Assembly: GCA_964594235.1 (NCBI GenBank)
Contig: CAZQMF010000004.1
Coordinates: 9,718 to 73,717, forward strand
Direction of reading: 5' to 3'
Origin: an uncultured Acidimicrobiia bacterium
Lineage (GTDB): Bacteria; Actinomycetota; Acidimicrobiia; Spongiisociales; UBA4744
Length of the DNA stretch: 64,000 nucleotides
Position numbers and translations under genes: made by a program. The notes below the pieces were generated by a model. It was not told where the DNA came from and did no database searches. It saw only the letters and a list, made by a program, of their open reading frames with translations. Below, piece by piece: positions 9,079-21,189 of the stretch (the stretch's first letter is position 1; each line of letters opens with the position of its first letter).

Positions 9079-11238
9079 TCAGCGCGGCACGAGCCGATAT
9101 GCGTCGTAGACACCTTCGATACCTCTGAGACCAACAACCAGGCGATCGAGCTGACCGGGGTCCGACAGCTCGACCTCGTAGCGGAGTAATGCGGTCCGAT
9201 CACTGCTCGTCGTCGACGACGATGCGCGGACGTCACCCCCGACCTCCGAGATCCATTCGGTGACGTCCCGAAGCATCCGCGGGCGGTCCAGCGCTTCGAT
9301 CTGAATCCACACCGAGAACCGTCCTACCCTGTCCGGCGCCCACGCTACGTCGATCATTCGCTCCTCACCCAGTGCGTGGATGTTCGTGCAATCCGAACGA
9401 TGCACCGAGACTCCACGCCCGACCGTCACGAACCCGACGATGTCGTCGCCAGGAACGGGGGCACAGCATCGGGCGATACGCACCCAGACGTCCTCCAGAC
9501 CTTCGACGATGATGCCGACTCCGCCGTCGGAGCGCGGCTGGACCGGCGGCAGCTCAGGCAGAACGGCCTCGGCCGCCTCCTCTTCTTCCGGTCTGGCAAG
9601 ACGCACGAGCCGGGCAACAACAGTGGAACCGGCGACGCCTCCTTCCCCGACAGCGATGAACAGCGAGTCGATGTCCCGTTGGCCCATTCGCCCGGCGACC
9701 TCTCTCAGAAGCTCGTCGCGCCGGTTCGCGTGTAGTCCGAGGCCTTCCTTGCGGAGGAGCGCCAGAACCGTCTCTCGTCCTTTCTCGAGCGCGGCAACCC
9801 GGCGCTCCTTTCCAAACCACTGCCTGATCTTCGCCCTCGCTCTCGAGGTCCGAACGTACGCCAGCCAGTCTCTGCTGGGACCGGCGTCCTGTGCCTTGGA
9901 AGTGACCACCTCGACGATGTCTCCGGACTCCAGTCTCGTATCGAGCGGGACCAACCGGCCGTTGACCTTCGCGCCGATACACCGGTGTCCCACTTCGGTG
10001 TGGACGCTGTACGCGAAGTCGACAGGCGTGGCCCCCCTTGGAAGCGTCTTCACCTCACCTTTCGGTGTGAGAATGAACACCTCGTCCTGGTAGAGATCAA
10101 GCTTCAGGCCCGCCAGGAACTCCGTCGGATCCTCGTACTCGTCTCTGAGAAAACGCATGTCCGCGATCCACGGAAGCGACTCGGCCGCCTCGCCTTCCTT
10201 GTATCGCCAGTGTGCGGCGATTCCGAACTCGGCACGTTCGTGCATGTCCCTCGTGCGGATCTGAACCTCCAGCGGGCCTCCACCCGGCCCGATCACCGTC
10301 GTGTGCAAGCTCTGGTACAGGTTGAACTTGGGCATCGCGATGTAGTCCTTGAACCGTCCATGTACAGGGGGCCACGTGGAGTGGATCACTCCGAGTACCG
10401 CGTAGCAGTCCCGAACGTCTTCGACAATCACCCTGATCCCGATGAGATCATGGATGTCCTCGAACGGAAGGCCGCTGGCCACCATCTTGCGGTAGATCGA
10501 GTATTGATGCTTCGGTCGACCACTCACATCACCCTTGATACCGGCAGAGTCGAGGAGTTCCCGCACATGGTCGATGACATCTCGCAGAAATGCTTCTCGC
10601 ATCGGTGCGCGCTGCTCGAGAAGGGCGTTGATCTCGGCGTTCCTCCTCGGATACATGATGGCGAAACACCTGTCCTCCATCTCGTGCTTGATCTCCTGGA
10701 CTCCGAGCCGGTGTGCCAGCGGGGCGTATACCTCGAGGCTCTCGCGGGCGATCCGCTGTTGTTTCTCCTCGGGGAACGGCCAGATCGTACGCAAATTGTG
10801 CAAACGGTCCGCGAGCTTGATCAGCAACACCCGAACGTCCTTCGCGAGGGCGACGACGAGCTTCCTGATCGTCGCGGCCTGCGCCTCTTCCCGCGATCCG
10901 AACTTGATCAAGTCGAGTTTCGTGACGCCGTCGATGAGTTCGGCGACGTGACCACCGAATTGCGCGGCCACCTGGTCGAGTGTCAGGTCGGTGTCCTCGA
11001 CCGTATCGTGGAGCAGTGCTGCGCACAGCGTCTCGGCATCGAGGCCGTAGTCGGCGAGGATCGCTGTCACCGCGACAGGGTGCGTGATGTAGGGATCGCC
11101 CGTTTGCCGCATCTGTCCCTCGTGGCGATCCCTGGCGAGCAGATAGGCCTCGGACAGCAGCGAGGTGTCGGCGGTGGGATGGTGGGCGCGAAACGAGTCG
11201 AGAACCTTCTCCATCCCCTCTTGCGAGAGGTCAGCCAT
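9079..11238 (-). CDS. relA: bifunctional (p)ppGpp synthetase/hydrolase RelA/SpoT family
   Basis: 719 aa. HD hydrolase domain (HDTVEDT), RelA/SpoT synthetase domain, TGS and C-terminal ACT-like regions. Confidence 0.95.
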   Translation of the reverse strand: MADLSQEGMEKVLDSFRAHHPTADTSLLSEAYLLARDRHEGQMRQTGDPYITHPVAVTAILADYGLDAETLCAALLHDTVEDTDLTLDQVAAQFGGHVAELIDGVTKLDLIKFGSREEAQAATIRKLVVALAKDVRVLLIKLADRLHNLRTIWPFPEEKQQRIARESLEVYAPLAHRLGVQEIKHEMEDRCFAIMYPRRNAEINALLEQRAPMREAFLRDVIDHVRELLDSAGIKGDVSGRPKHQYSIYRKMVASGLPFEDIHDLIGIRVIVEDVRDCYAVLGVIHSTWPPVHGRFKDYIAMPKFNLYQSLHTTVIGPGGGPLEVQIRTRDMHERAEFGIAAHWRYKEGEAAESLPWIADMRFLRDEYEDPTEFLAGLKLDLYQDEVFILTPKGEVKTLPRGATPVDFAYSVHTEVGHRCIGAKVNGRLVPLDTRLESGDIVEVVTSKAQDAGPSRDWLAYVRTSRARAKIRQWFGKERRVAALEKGRETVLALLRKEGLGLHANRRDELLREVAGRMGQRDIDSLFIAVGEGGVAGSTVVARLVRLARPEEEEAAEAVLPELPPVQPRSDGGVGIIVEGLEDVWVRIARCCAPVPGDDIVGFVTVGRGVSVHRSDCTNIHALGEERMIDVAWAPDRVGRFSVWIQIEALDRPRMLRDVTEWISEVGGDVRASSSTTSSDRTALLRYEVELSDPGQLDRLVVGLRGIEGVYDAYRLVPR

Positions 11239-11749
11239 ACGTCACGAGCGCGTGCAGGTCGGCACCATTCAGAGAAGCTCTGCCGCCGAGAAACGCCAAC
11301 TCGATGAACACCGCGACGCCGATCACCTCGGCGTCCAGTCGTTCGACCAACCTGATAGCCGCTGCCGCGGTTCCGCCGGTTGCGAGCACATCATCGACGA
11401 CCAGCACCCTGTCGCCCCGGCGAAGTGCGTCCTTGTGCATCTCGAGTGCGTCGGTCCCATACTCCAGCTCGTATGTCTCCCGAATGACGTCAGCAGGCAG
11501 CTTGCCCGGCTTGCGAATCGGCACGAATCCTGCACCGAGCTGCTCGGCGACCGGGGTCGCGAGAATGAATCCACGAGCCTCGATACCGACGACCTTCGTG
11601 ACGGACCCTCGTTCGTAGGGAGCACAGAGCTGGTCGATCAAGGCGGAGAATGCATCTGGATCGGCGAGGACTGGTGTGATGTCCTTGAAGACGACACCCG
11701 GCTTCGGGAAATCCGGGACGTCACGAATCAGATCGGCGTACTCGAACAC
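11231..11749 (-). CDS. apt: adenine phosphoribosyltransferase
   Basis: 172 aa. PRPP-binding motif [13 protein letters not shown]. 8-nt overlap with the relA start. Confidence 0.95.
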   Translation of the reverse strand: MFEYADLIRDVPDFPKPGVVFKDITPVLADPDAFSALIDQLCAPYERGSVTKVVGIEARGFILATPVAEQLGAGFVPIRKPGKLPADVIRETYELEYGTDALEMHKDALRRGDRVLVVDDVLATGGTAAAAIRLVERLDAEVIGVAVFIELAFLGGRASLNGADLHALVTYG

Positions 11750-11767
11750 CGGTTGATTGTACCTCGC

Positions 11768-12820
11768 TCAGCGCTTGCGGCCCTTCTTGGGAGGCCTAGG
11801 CGCGGCACCACTCTTGCGTGACGGCGCCTGCGTGGTCACGGCCGCACTCTTTGGTGTCTCGCTGTCGGAACTCCGACCGCGGTCCCGGCGACGCCTGACA
11901 CGAGCCCACTCGTCTTCGTGTTCCTTCCATGATGCAAGGATCGGCGACGCGACGGCGATCGATGAGTATGTACCCGCTGCGATGCCCACGAACAGTGCCA
12001 ACGCGAAGTCGCGGAGCGTCTGTGCTCCGAGCAGGAATGAACCCACGAAGAGCAGGCTCCCGACCGGAAGGAGACTCGTCAGCGACGTGTTGATCGAACG
12101 CATCAGCACCTGATTCATCGATCGATTGACGAGCTCGGTGATCGTCATTCGGTCCGTGTGAAGTTCCTCGACGTTCTCCTTGACCTTGTCGAACACGACC
12201 ACCGTGTCGTAGAGGGAGTAGCCGAGGATGGTCAGGACCCCGATCACGGTCGCCGGTGTGACTTCGAACCTCGTCACTGCATACACGCCGGTCGTGATGA
12301 TCAGGTCGTGGAACAACGCGGTGATACCTGCCATCGCCATCTTCCACTCGAGTCGCCAGGACATGAACAAGACGACCGCCGCCAGGAACACGACGAGGGC
12401 TGTAGCGGCCCGTTTCGTGATCTGGGCCCCGAAGGTGGGCCCTACCTGGTTGAGCGAAAGCTCGTTGAGCGTCGTCCCGGTTGCGTCGGCTACCGCCTGC
12501 TGGAACTGCTCAGACTCGGTCGACGTCAACGAGCCGACCTGAACCCGAATGTCGGCCCCGCCGGCGAGTTCCTGGATCTTTGCCTCCTGCAACCCGAGCG
12601 GGGCGAGAGCCGATCGTATGTCCGCCACGCTGGCACCGGCCGGATTCGCGGTCTCGACGGCGACACCACCCCTGAAATCGAGGCTGAGGTTGAGTCCGAA
12701 GATGATGAGCGCGAGAAGCGAGACCAGGATCAGAGCGCTCGAGATGGTCAGCCAGATTCTCCTCGATCCAACAAAGTCGAAAGAGGTCTCTCCTCTGTAG
12801 AGGCGTGTGATGAGATTCAT
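11768..12820 (-). CDS. secF: protein translocase subunit SecF
   Basis: 350 aa with a six-TM SecF pattern. 4-nt overlap with the secD stop. Confidence 0.9.
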   Translation of the reverse strand: MNLITRLYRGETSFDFVGSRRIWLTISSALILVSLLALIIFGLNLSLDFRGGVAVETANPAGASVADIRSALAPLGLQEAKIQELAGGADIRVQVGSLTSTESEQFQQAVADATGTTLNELSLNQVGPTFGAQITKRAATALVVFLAAVVLFMSWRLEWKMAMAGITALFHDLIITTGVYAVTRFEVTPATVIGVLTILGYSLYDTVVVFDKVKENVEELHTDRMTITELVNRSMNQVLMRSINTSLTSLLPVGSLLFVGSFLLGAQTLRDFALALFVGIAAGTYSSIAVASPILASWKEHEDEWARVRRRRDRGRSSDSETPKSAAVTTQAPSRKSGAAPRPPKKGRKR

Positions 12821-14442
12821 GATGCCTCCTGCACTCCACCCGCTGCTGCTCTGATACTGAATCGCCCTCCTTCGCCGAGGCCACTATGCGCGATCGCACC
12901 CACCGCATTCCGCGTAAAGAAGTAGGCAACGAGGATGTCGAGGAAGGTGGCGATGCCCAATGTGAGTGCGAAACCTTTCACCGGGCCGACGGCGAGCAGC
13001 CAGAGCAGGACCGCAGCCAGAATCGACACCGTGTCGGCCGTGAGAATCGTGTGGAACGCCCGCGAGAACCCTTCGTCCACCGCTGCCTTCATTGTTCGAC
13101 CGCGGTGGAGTTCCTCTTTGATCCTCTCATAGAACACGATGTACGAGTCTGCCGTGATGCCGACCGACACGACGATTCCGGTCACGCCGGCAAGGGTCAG
13201 GGTGAGACCCGAAGTCGCACTCAGGAGCCCGAGCACGATCAACATCAACGACCCGAACACGCTCAGACCAACGATCGTCACCACTCCGAGGGACCGGTAG
13301 TAGAGCAACATGTAGATGGCGACCAGGATCAGACCCGCGAGCCCGGCGATGAGCCCGGACCGCAGCGAGTCCGACCCGAGCGTCGCTGACACACTCTGAA
13401 CCTGATCCTGCTCGAAACTCACCGGGAGTGAACCGTAGCGGAGGACCACTGCGAGGTCCTGTGCTTCGGACTGCTGGTTGCCACCGGTGCCCAGCGTGAT
13501 GACGGCGCTGCCGCCTGCAATGCCGGTGTTGGAATCGACGTTCGACGACACCTGCGGGGCTGAGATGATCTTCCCGTCGAGCACGATCGCGATCTGGCGC
13601 TGTGGGTCGCCCGTGGAGAACTGTGCAGCGGCACGGGTGAGCTCCTGGAACTTGCGAGCCCCGTCGTCATTGAGTTTGAGGTCGACCTGCCACTGGCCGG
13701 TGGTCTGGCTGAAGGTGGCGAGAGCTTCGGTGATATCGGAGCCTGTCAACGGATCGGGAGTGCCGTTGGTAGGAGCGCCATCACTCCCTTTCTGGCATGT
13801 CGCGAGCGTCGTTCCGTCATTGCACAGCGTTCCCACTTCGTAGCCGGCGACGAGCTGGCCGTTCGCGTCGTACTCGGGCACCCATGAATCCAGCAGGTCG
13901 GGGCTGTCATTGATCATGAAGCCGGTCGTAGGATCCACGCCGGCCGGGAGCGAGGTTGTGGTGGTCGCGGCCGTCGTGGTGGTCGACTCCGTCGTCGTGC
14001 TGCCGGCCGCCGTGGTGGTCGTCTCCCCCGCCGACGTAGTGGTGGTCTCCGGCACCGTTGTTGTGGTGGTCGTGTCGAAGATCGGGCTCTGGAACGAGGC
14101 AGCGAATACCGGCCGGAACGACAGGACGCCGGTCTGACCGATCGCCTGGAGTGCCCGCTCCCTGTCGGTCACACCTGGAAGCTGAACGAGGACGGCGTTG
14201 TTTCCGCTGATCGCAATCTCAGGCTCCTGCACTCCGAACGCCTCGATACGACCTCGCATGATTTCAACGGCCTTCGCCAGCACGGCAGGATCGGTGCCGT
14301 CGGGAGCCCGGAGAATCACGGATGTTCCACCCTTGAGGTCGAGGCCCAGCTTGGGTGTGCTGTGGGTGGCGACCACCGCTGCTACGCCCCCATAGGCGAG
14401 CGCAAGCACGATCACGAGCGTGGTGATCCGTCGCGACATCAC
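12817..14442 (-). CDS. secD: protein translocase subunit SecD (with Thr-rich insertion)
   Basis: 541 aa. N-terminal TM, LGLDLKGG motif, C-terminal 5-TM bundle. Thr-rich linker at residues about 124-164. Confidence 0.9.
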   Translation of the reverse strand: MMSRRITTLVIVLALAYGGVAAVVATHSTPKLGLDLKGGTSVILRAPDGTDPAVLAKAVEIMRGRIEAFGVQEPEIAISGNNAVLVQLPGVTDRERALQAIGQTGVLSFRPVFAASFQSPIFDTTTTTTVPETTTTSAGETTTTAAGSTTTESTTTTAATTTTSLPAGVDPTTGFMINDSPDLLDSWVPEYDANGQLVAGYEVGTLCNDGTTLATCQKGSDGAPTNGTPDPLTGSDITEALATFSQTTGQWQVDLKLNDDGARKFQELTRAAAQFSTGDPQRQIAIVLDGKIISAPQVSSNVDSNTGIAGGSAVITLGTGGNQQSEAQDLAVVLRYGSLPVSFEQDQVQSVSATLGSDSLRSGLIAGLAGLILVAIYMLLYYRSLGVVTIVGLSVFGSLMLIVLGLLSATSGLTLTLAGVTGIVVSVGITADSYIVFYERIKEELHRGRTMKAAVDEGFSRAFHTILTADTVSILAAVLLWLLAVGPVKGFALTLGIATFLDILVAYFFTRNAVGAIAHSGLGEGGRFSIRAAAGGVQEAS

Positions 14443-14723
14443 TTCTCCTGTTTCCCGGCGATCGCCCGCCGGGAGATGCGCATGCGTCCTTCTTCGAGGC
14501 CGAGCACGACGGAATCGTCATCGAGGCCGACCACGACGCCATACACACCGCCGTAGGTCCGAACCTTGTCGCCGATCTCCAGAGCCGCTGCGAGCTGTTG
14601 CTGTTGTTTCGACCTGACCCGTTGCGGTCGGATCAATAGGAAGTAGAACATCCCGATGAGCAATGCCAGAAAGATCAGCGAGGTCCAGAGACTTCCACCT
14701 GTGGCATCTGTTTGGGCAAGCAC
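14439..14723 (-). CDS. yajC: preprotein translocase subunit YajC
   Basis: 94 aa with a single TM followed by FYFLLIRPQ, typical of YajC. Overlaps the secD start. Confidence 0.85.
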   Translation of the reverse strand: MLAQTDATGGSLWTSLIFLALLIGMFYFLLIRPQRVRSKQQQQLAAALEIGDKVRTYGGVYGVVVGLDDDSVVLGLEEGRMRISRRAIAGKQEK

Positions 14724-14773
14724 GCGTTACCTTCTTTGTGACGAGTGGAGGCTCACGACCAGCGAGCCGGCGG

Positions 14774-15889
14774 TCATGCTAGCGACTTGCCGGAGACTGC
14801 AGAAACTCTTCGTTCGATCGTCGAGGCGACGAATGGCTCGAAGCGACCCTCTGTGATGGCGCTCCGCATGCCGCGCATGAGGTTGAACGTGTAGCTGAGG
14901 TTGTGCATCGTCAGGAGTCGCAAGCCGGTCGGTTCGCCGGTCTGGAGGAGATGGCGAAGGTACCCCCGGCTGTACGATCTACACGTCGTACAGCCGCACG
15001 AGGAGTCGAGCGGACCCGTCGAACGGGCGTGCTCTGCTCGTCGAAGACTGTAGTCGCCGTCGGGGGTCAGGACCTTCCCGTGCCTGGCGAGGCGCGTGGG
15101 AAGAACACAATCGAAGAGGTCGATCCCACGAGCGACCGCATGCAGCATCCCTTCGGTGTCACCCAACCCCATCGTGTAGCGCACCCGGTCTTCCGGCAAC
15201 TCGCCAACGACGACCTCGATGGCCTTGTCGCGTTCCGCGTCGGACTCTCCGACCGACAATCCCCCGACGGCGTACCCGTCAAATCCGAGTTCGGCAGTCT
15301 TGGATGCGCTCTCCGCGCGTAGTGACGCATCGGTGCCGCCTTGGACGATCCCGAACATCGACTGGTTCTGTCGGCGTCTCGCCTGCATGGAGCGGGCGGC
15401 CCATCGAAGCGTCCGCCGCATGGCCGCCTCGACGACCGGTCGTGAAGCCGGGAGCCCCACCAGCACATCGAGTGCGACTGCGACATCTGAGCCCAGGTCC
15501 TCCTGAACGGCCACTGCCCGCTCAGGGGTGAGTTCTACGCGAGATCCGTCGTAGGTCGACCGGAACGCGACGCCATCCTCGCTCACCTTCGCGTCGAGGG
15601 AGAACACCTGGTAGCCGCCCGAGTCGGTGAGGATCGGTCCACGCCAATTCATGAACTCGTGCAAACCTCCCAGGTCGCGCACGACGTCGGAGCCGGGACG
15701 CAGCATCAGATGGTATGTGTTCGACAGCACCATTTGCGCGCCGAGACTCTCGAGATCGTCCCCGTCGAGCGTCTTCACGGTTCCGCGGGTACCCACAGGC
15801 ATGAATGCCGGTGTGGCGACCGCTCCGTGGGGAGTATGAAACACCCCGGAGCGAGCCATGCCATCCCGCGCTTCGATCTCGAGCCTCAT
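14774..15889 (-). CDS. tgt: tRNA-guanine transglycosylase (queuine tRNA-ribosyltransferase)
   Basis: Homology starts at [13 protein letters not shown] 15889 overlaps the queA stop (ATGA). Motifs TDSGGYQV and zinc site CGCTTC...H. Confidence 0.9.
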   Translation of the reverse strand: MRLEIEARDGMARSGVFHTPHGAVATPAFMPVGTRGTVKTLDGDDLESLGAQMVLSNTYHLMLRPGSDVVRDLGGLHEFMNWRGPILTDSGGYQVFSLDAKVSEDGVAFRSTYDGSRVELTPERAVAVQEDLGSDVAVALDVLVGLPASRPVVEAAMRRTLRWAARSMQARRRQNQSMFGIVQGGTDASLRAESASKTAELGFDGYAVGGLSVGESDAERDKAIEVVVGELPEDRVRYTMGLGDTEGMLHAVARGIDLFDCVLPTRLARHGKVLTPDGDYSLRRAEHARSTGPLDSSCGCTTCRSYSRGYLRHLLQTGEPTGLRLLTMHNLSYTFNLMRGMRSAITEGRFEPFVASTIERRVSAVSGKSLA

Positions 15890-16893
15890 GCGCGCTCCGT
15901 GAACATTGCGTCCCCGAACGACAAGAACCGATAGCCCCGTTCGAGGGCCGTCCGGTACACATGTCGCCACCGTTCTCCGATGAACGCAGCCACAAGCACA
16001 ATCAACGTCGACCGAGGAACATGGAAGTTGGTGACCATTGCGTCCACCGCGCGGAAACGGTAGCCGGGTCGGATGAACAGCTCCGTGGAGGCCGAGCCCG
16101 GGCTGAGTCGGCCATCGACGACCGCTGACTCGAGGGCTCGCACCACGGTCGTTCCGATCGCGATGATCCTTCCGCCTCGCCGCCTCGCCGCCTCGAACGC
16201 GGCTGCCGTCTCCACCGGGACGTCGAAGCGTTCGCTGTGCATCTGGTGTGCTTCGATGGTTTCTTCCGCGATTGGTCTGAACGTGTCGATGCCGACGTGG
16301 AGGTCGATGGACGCGACGTCCACACCTCGATCGGCGAACTCCGCCAGCACTCGGGTACTGAGATGCAGACCGGCGGTCGGTGCAGCGGCCGATCCGAGTC
16401 TCTTCGCAAACACGGTCTGGTACTCGGAAGGATCGCCGAGCGGCGTGGTGATGTACGGCGGGAGAGGCACCTCACCCATCTCGCGTGCCAACGCCTCGAC
16501 GTCCGCGTCGAATCGTAGTGTTGTACGTCCCGATGCCGGGCGTTCCAGAACGACGGCGCGAGCACTTCCGAAGCGGAGCCGGACACCCGGTCTCACCTTC
16601 CGCGCCGGCCGGATCAGTGCGTCCCAGTCACCTTGACCACGGTCGCTGAGCAGCAACACCTCTACCGCGCCCCCCGTTTCCTCCTTCGTGCCCCGGAGTC
16701 TGGCCGCCCGCACCTTCGTGGTGTTGAGGACCACGAGATCCCCCGCATCGAGCATGCCCGGCAGTTCCGAGAAGGAGCGATCTTCGAGACCGCGACAGTC
16801 GAGGAGGCGCGCCGACTCACGCGGCATCGCGGGACGCTGGGCGATCGCGGCCGCCGGCAGCTCATAGTCGAAGTCGTCCGTGCGCAAAGTCAA
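15886..16893 (-). CDS. queA: S-adenosylmethionine:tRNA ribosyltransferase-isomerase
   Basis: 335 aa. N-terminal DFDYELP hallmark. The TTG start overlaps the ruvB stop (TTGA). Confidence 0.9.
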   Translation of the reverse strand: MTLRTDDFDYELPAAAIAQRPAMPRESARLLDCRGLEDRSFSELPGMLDAGDLVVLNTTKVRAARLRGTKEETGGAVEVLLLSDRGQGDWDALIRPARKVRPGVRLRFGSARAVVLERPASGRTTLRFDADVEALAREMGEVPLPPYITTPLGDPSEYQTVFAKRLGSAAAPTAGLHLSTRVLAEFADRGVDVASIDLHVGIDTFRPIAEETIEAHQMHSERFDVPVETAAAFEAARRRGGRIIAIGTTVVRALESAVVDGRLSPGSASTELFIRPGYRFRAVDAMVTNFHVPRSTLIVLVAAFIGERWRHVYRTALERGYRFLSFGDAMFTERA

Positions 16894-17900
16894 TCGAGCA
16901 GGGTGGGTTGATGCGGGGGCTCGAGCCCGAGATGCCGGAACGCTAGCGGTGTGGCCACCCGGCCCCGCTGGGTCCGTTTCAACAGGCCACGCTTCAGCAG
17001 GAAAGGCTCATACGCGTCCTCGACCGTCTCTGCTTCCTCCCCGACGACGATCGCGAGTGTGGAGAGTCCGACGGGCCCTCCACCGAACGTCTCGACAACG
17101 GCCCGGAGAATGTCGAGGTCCACTCGATCCAACCCGAGCTCGTCCACTTCAAACACGCGCAGCGCCTCGTTGGCGGTGTCGGTATCGACGATGCCCTTTG
17201 CTCGTGCGACGGCAAAGTCCCTCACTCTGGCAAGGAGCCTGTTGGCGATTCGAGGTGTTCCCCTGCTTCTCGCCGCAACGATCGCCGCACCGGCTTCGTC
17301 GATCGTGACACCCAAGATGCCGGCTGATCGGAGAACGATGTGCGACAGTTCGGCGTCGGAGTAGAACTCCAGCTTGTCGACGATGCCGAACCGGTCCCTC
17401 AATGGGGCCGTCACCTTGCCCTTGCGTGTGGTCGCTCCGACAAGCGTGAAACGTGGCAGCTCCAGGCGAATCGACTGCGCCGACGGCCCCTTCCCAAGAA
17501 CGATGTCGAGTCGGAAGTCCTCCATGGCAGGGTAGAGCACCTCTTCTACAGCCCTGGGGAGACGGTGAATCTCGTCGATGAAGAGCACCTCTCCCTCCTC
17601 CAGGTTCGACACGATCGATGCCACGTCGCCCGGACGCTCGAGAGCCGGTCCCGAGGTCACCCTGATTCGAACCCCCAGCTCGGTTGCGATGATCCCCGCG
17701 AGTGTCGTCTTGCCCAGCCCCGGTGGTCCCGACAACAAGACGTGATCGAGCGCATGGTCGAGCTGTCTCGCAGCGTCGAGACTGATCCTCAGCCGTTCCT
17801 TGACGTTGCCCTGTCCGATGAACTCGTCCAGCCGAGTCGGTCGGAGGGTTTCGTCTGTGTCGTCGGGCAACCGTTCAGAGGTGAGAATGTCTTCCCTCAT
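16890..17900 (-). CDS. ruvB: Holliday junction helicase RuvB
   Basis: 336 aa. Walker [10 protein letters not shown], Walker B LFIDEIHR. Confidence 0.95.
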   Translation of the reverse strand: MREDILTSERLPDDTDETLRPTRLDEFIGQGNVKERLRISLDAARQLDHALDHVLLSGPPGLGKTTLAGIIATELGVRIRVTSGPALERPGDVASIVSNLEEGEVLFIDEIHRLPRAVEEVLYPAMEDFRLDIVLGKGPSAQSIRLELPRFTLVGATTRKGKVTAPLRDRFGIVDKLEFYSDAELSHIVLRSAGILGVTIDEAGAAIVAARSRGTPRIANRLLARVRDFAVARAKGIVDTDTANEALRVFEVDELGLDRVDLDILRAVVETFGGGPVGLSTLAIVVGEEAETVEDAYEPFLLKRGLLKRTQRGRVATPLAFRHLGLEPPHQPTLLD

Positions 17901-18466
17901 CGCTTTCCCAGTTCCTGCAGTGCGAGCCTGAGCGATTCTTCCACGGTTGCCTCCTCGGGCAACGAGGCAACCACTTCTCGAAGCTCCGTCGGGGCGTAGC
18001 CGAGTCCTTCGAGAGCATCTCGGACTTGCGCTCGAGTGCTGGATCCCATGACATCCGCTTCCGCACCGACCATGCGGGGACGGAGCTCGAGAATGAGCTT
18101 CTGGGCGCTTCGAGAACCGATTCCAGGCACCACCGTGAGGGCAAGGGCATCCTCGGAGAGCACCGCACGACGAATCTCGTCGCCGCGCAGGCTCGCCATC
18201 ATGGCCATGGCGACCTTCGGCCCGACCCCGGACGCTCCCAGAAGCATTCGGAACAAGTCACGATCGGCTTGGTCGACGAACCCGTAGAGGTCAAGCACAT
18301 CTTCTCGGACATGCAGGTGCGTGTGCACGGTCGTCTCGGCCTCTCTCTCCGCGAGACGGCCGAGATCCCTCGGAGTCACCGTGATCTCAAAACCGACACC
18401 GGCCACGCCCAGCACAATCCTGTCTGTTCCACGAGACAAGATCGTTCCGCGCAGCACCCCGATCAC
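17897..18466 (-). CDS. ruvA: Holliday junction DNA-binding protein RuvA
   Basis: ORF track start is 18505. GTG 18466 gives the [10 protein letters not shown] RuvA-type N-terminus, is preceded by GAGGAGG, and overlaps the ruvC stop (GTGA). Confidence 0.9.
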   Translation of the reverse strand: MIGVLRGTILSRGTDRIVLGVAGVGFEITVTPRDLGRLAEREAETTVHTHLHVREDVLDLYGFVDQADRDLFRMLLGASGVGPKVAMAMMASLRGDEIRRAVLSEDALALTVVPGIGSRSAQKLILELRPRMVGAEADVMGSSTRAQVRDALEGLGYAPTELREVVASLPEEATVEESLRLALQELGKR

Positions 18467-18939
18467 GGAACCCTCCTCGAGAGGACGTGCTGCTGTAGAT
18501 GACACAGTGCGATCGCGACGGCGTCGGCAGCGTCAGGGGGCGACGGAGGCTCCGAAAGGCCCATCCGGGCGGCAACCATGCGTTGTACCTGCTCCTTCGG
18601 GGCGCGTCCATACCCTGCCACCGCCGACTTCACCGCCGAAGGGCTGTACTCCCACACCGGAACGCCATGCTCGGCTGCGGCGATCATGGCGGCTCCCGAC
18701 GCCCGCACGACCGATGTCGCCGTCTGGAGATTGCGGTTGACAAAGACCTGCTCGATCGCCATCACCTCCGGTGAGAACTCCACGATCAGGTCTGAGAGGT
18801 CCCGACGGATCTCGGCGAGTCGAGTCGGGACACTATCTGCGGGGTCCGTTGTTATGACGCCGAGTGCTACGACTTCACCTCCGCCGACGATCGCATAGCC
18901 GGTCGTGGTCAGCCCGGGATCGATACCGAGAACGAACAT
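18463..18939 (-). CDS. ruvC: crossover junction endodeoxyribonuclease RuvC
   Basis: 158 aa. N-terminal VLGIDPGL catalytic Asp motif and RNase-H-like fold pattern. Confidence 0.9.
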   Translation of the reverse strand: MFVLGIDPGLTTTGYAIVGGGEVVALGVITTDPADSVPTRLAEIRRDLSDLIVEFSPEVMAIEQVFVNRNLQTATSVVRASGAAMIAAAEHGVPVWEYSPSAVKSAVAGYGRAPKEQVQRMVAARMGLSEPPSPPDAADAVAIALCHLQQHVLSRRVP

Positions 18940-18982
18940 ATGTACGGGAGTGTAACCGGCGACTCGGACGTCACCACGGCTA

Positions 18983-19723
18983 TCAGGCCATCAAGTCGGC
19001 CAAGACATCGTCTGGGATGTCGAAGTTCGCGTACACTTCCTGGACGTCGTCGAGATCCTCGAGTGCGTCCACGAGCCGGAGGATCTTCGGGGCGGTCGCC
19101 CGATCGACGGGGACGACCGACTTGGGGAGATGGGTCACTTCTGCATTCTCGACCTCGGTCGCTACGGCCGCCACGGCGTCTCTCACCGCCGTGAACAGCC
19201 CCGGTTCGGAGATCACTTCGAACGCCCCGCCGGCAGGTCGCACATCCTCAGCACCTGCATCGAGCGCCGCGAGCAAGATGTCGTCCTCGTCGCCTCTCAC
19301 AACGACGTACCCCTTCTGCTCGAACAGATACGAGACCGATCCTGGCTCACCGAGATTCCCCCCGTTACGCGAGAAGGTGGACCTGACGTCAGACGCGGCC
19401 CTATTCCGGTTGTCCGTCAGGATCTGCAGAAAGAGAGCGACCCCACCCGGGCCGTACCCCTCGTACCAGAACTGCTCGTAGTCAACGCCCTCGACCTCGC
19501 CCGTTCCCCGCTTGATCGCCCGATCGATGTTGTCGTTGGGTACCGAAGCCGCCTTCGCCTTCTCGATGGCGTTGGCGAGCGTGGTGTTTCCGGCAGGGTC
19601 GCCACCGCCCTCTCTGGCTGCGACTTCGACGGCCTTCACGAGCTTCGCAAACAGCTTGCCCCTCTGTGCGTCCTTGGCACCCTTCTTGTGTTTGATCGTC
19701 GACCATTTGGAATGTCCGGACAT
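18983..19723 (-). CDS. yebC: YebC/PmpR family DNA-binding regulator
   Basis: 246 aa. Hallmark N-terminus [23 protein letters not shown]. Confidence 0.9.
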   Translation of the reverse strand: MSGHSKWSTIKHKKGAKDAQRGKLFAKLVKAVEVAAREGGGDPAGNTTLANAIEKAKAASVPNDNIDRAIKRGTGEVEGVDYEQFWYEGYGPGGVALFLQILTDNRNRAASDVRSTFSRNGGNLGEPGSVSYLFEQKGYVVVRGDEDDILLAALDAGAEDVRPAGGAFEVISEPGLFTAVRDAVAAVATEVENAEVTHLPKSVVPVDRATAPKILRLVDALEDLDDVQEVYANFDIPDDVLADLMA

Positions 19724-20301
19724 CAGGCTGCCCCCATACTCAGCGCCATCTTATGTATTCGCGGGTCTTCAGTCAGCTCGGGATGGAAGGCAGCTGCCAC
19801 GACATTCCCGTCTCGGACCAAGACGGGATGGCCGTCGATCTCCGCCAGCACCTCGACGCCCTTCCCCACGTGTTCGACCCATGGTGCGCGGATGAACACG
19901 GCGTGGAACGGTGCATCGAAGCCTTTCACGTCGAGTTGCACCTCGAACGAATCGTTCTGGCGACCGAACGCGTTTCGTTGCACGGTTACGTCCAGCACGC
20001 CGAGCAGCAACTGTGATCCTGTGGTGACGCCCGACGCGAGGAAGATCATGCCCGCACACGTCCCGAATGTGGGAAGTCCACCTCCAATCGCCTCTCTCAG
20101 TGGTTCAACGAGGCCGAAACGGTCGGCGAGCCGGGCGATCGTGGTCGATTCACCACCGGGAAACACCAACCCGTCCAGACCCCTCAGATCGGCAGGCTGA
20201 CGCACTTCGCGGGGGCTCCATCCCAGGGACCGGATGACGAACGCGTGCTCACGAACGTCGCCCTGGAGGGCGACGACGCCGATGTCGCCCACGCTCACCA
20301 A
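19723..20301 (-). CDS. pdxT: pyridoxal 5-phosphate synthase glutaminase subunit PdxT
   Basis: 192 aa class I amidotransferase (GGESTT, catalytic Cys in GTCAGMI). Adjacent to pdxS. Confidence 0.9.
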   Translation of the reverse strand: MVSVGDIGVVALQGDVREHAFVIRSLGWSPREVRQPADLRGLDGLVFPGGESTTIARLADRFGLVEPLREAIGGGLPTFGTCAGMIFLASGVTTGSQLLLGVLDVTVQRNAFGRQNDSFEVQLDVKGFDAPFHAVFIRAPWVEHVGKGVEVLAEIDGHPVLVRDGNVVAAAFHPELTEDPRIHKMALSMGAA

Positions 20302-21176
20302 CCTCGCGTCTGAAGCAATTCCGATTCGGACAGCTCGGACAGCTCGATGCCGTGCATCGCCTCGCCGAGTCCTCGCGACACCTTCGCGACGATCGCAGGG
20401 TCCCGGAAGAATGTGACCGCCTCGACGATCGCTCGAGCACGCGGTGCAGGATCCTCACTCTTGAAAACGCCCGACCCCACGAACACACCCTCACAGCCGA
20501 GCTGCATCATGAGCGCTGCATCGGCAGGCGTTGCCACTCCCCCAGCGGCGAAGTTGACGACTGGGAGCTTGCCGGTCTCGGCCACTTCACGAACCAGTCC
20601 TACCGGCGCCCCGAGGTTCTTGGCGGCGGCCGACAGTTCCTCCGGTCCCATCGTGGTGAGCGCCCTCATCTCGCGATTGACGGTCCTCATGTGCCGGACC
20701 GCCTCGACGATGTTGCCCGTACCCGCCTCGCCCTTGGTCCGGATCATCGCCGCTCCTTCGCCGATACGGCGGAGCGCCTCGCCGAGATTCCTCGCGCCGC
20801 ACACGAACGGCGTCGTGAACTGCCACTTGTCGATGTGGTGCTCTTCGTCGGCCGGCGTGAGCACTTCGCTCTCGTCGATGTAGTCCACGCCGAGGGCCTG
20901 CAGCACTTGGGCTTCCACGAAGTGGCCGATGCGGGCCTTCGCCATGACAGGGATGTTCACCGTGGCCATGATCTCCTCGACCTTGGTGGGGTCCGCCATT
21001 CTCGCGACGCCACCTTCTTTTCGGATGTCGGCGGGGACACGCTCGAGCGCCATGACGGCGACAGCGCCGGCCTCTTCGGCGATTTTCGCCTGTTCGGCAT
21101 TGACGACGTCCATGATCACGCCGCCCTTGAGCATTTCGGCGAGTCCTCGTTTCACAAGATCGGTCCCACGTTCCAC
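20295..21176 (-). CDS. pdxS: pyridoxal 5-phosphate synthase lyase subunit PdxS
   Basis: PdxS homology ([23 protein letters not shown]) starts near residue 77 of the 369-aa ORF. GTG 21176 lies 8 nt after AAGGAGG. The upstream part of the ORF overlaps the neighbouring gene. Confidence 0.9.
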   Translation of the reverse strand: MERGTDLVKRGLAEMLKGGVIMDVVNAEQAKIAEEAGAVAVMALERVPADIRKEGGVARMADPTKVEEIMATVNIPVMAKARIGHFVEAQVLQALGVDYIDESEVLTPADEEHHIDKWQFTTPFVCGARNLGEALRRIGEGAAMIRTKGEAGTGNIVEAVRHMRTVNREMRALTTMGPEELSAAAKNLGAPVGLVREVAETGKLPVVNFAAGGVATPADAALMMQLGCEGVFVGSGVFKSEDPAPRARAIVEAVTFFRDPAIVAKVSRGLGEAMHGIELSELSESELLQTRGW

Positions 21177-21189
21177 GTTCACTTCCTCC

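Noticed and set aside
14595-14606. CAG/CAA hexamer-like repeat (CTGTTGCTGTTG on the plus strand)
   Set aside because: It simply encodes the KQQQQL stretch of YajC. The period is 3 or 6 nt, so it is unrelated to the 7-nt arrays.
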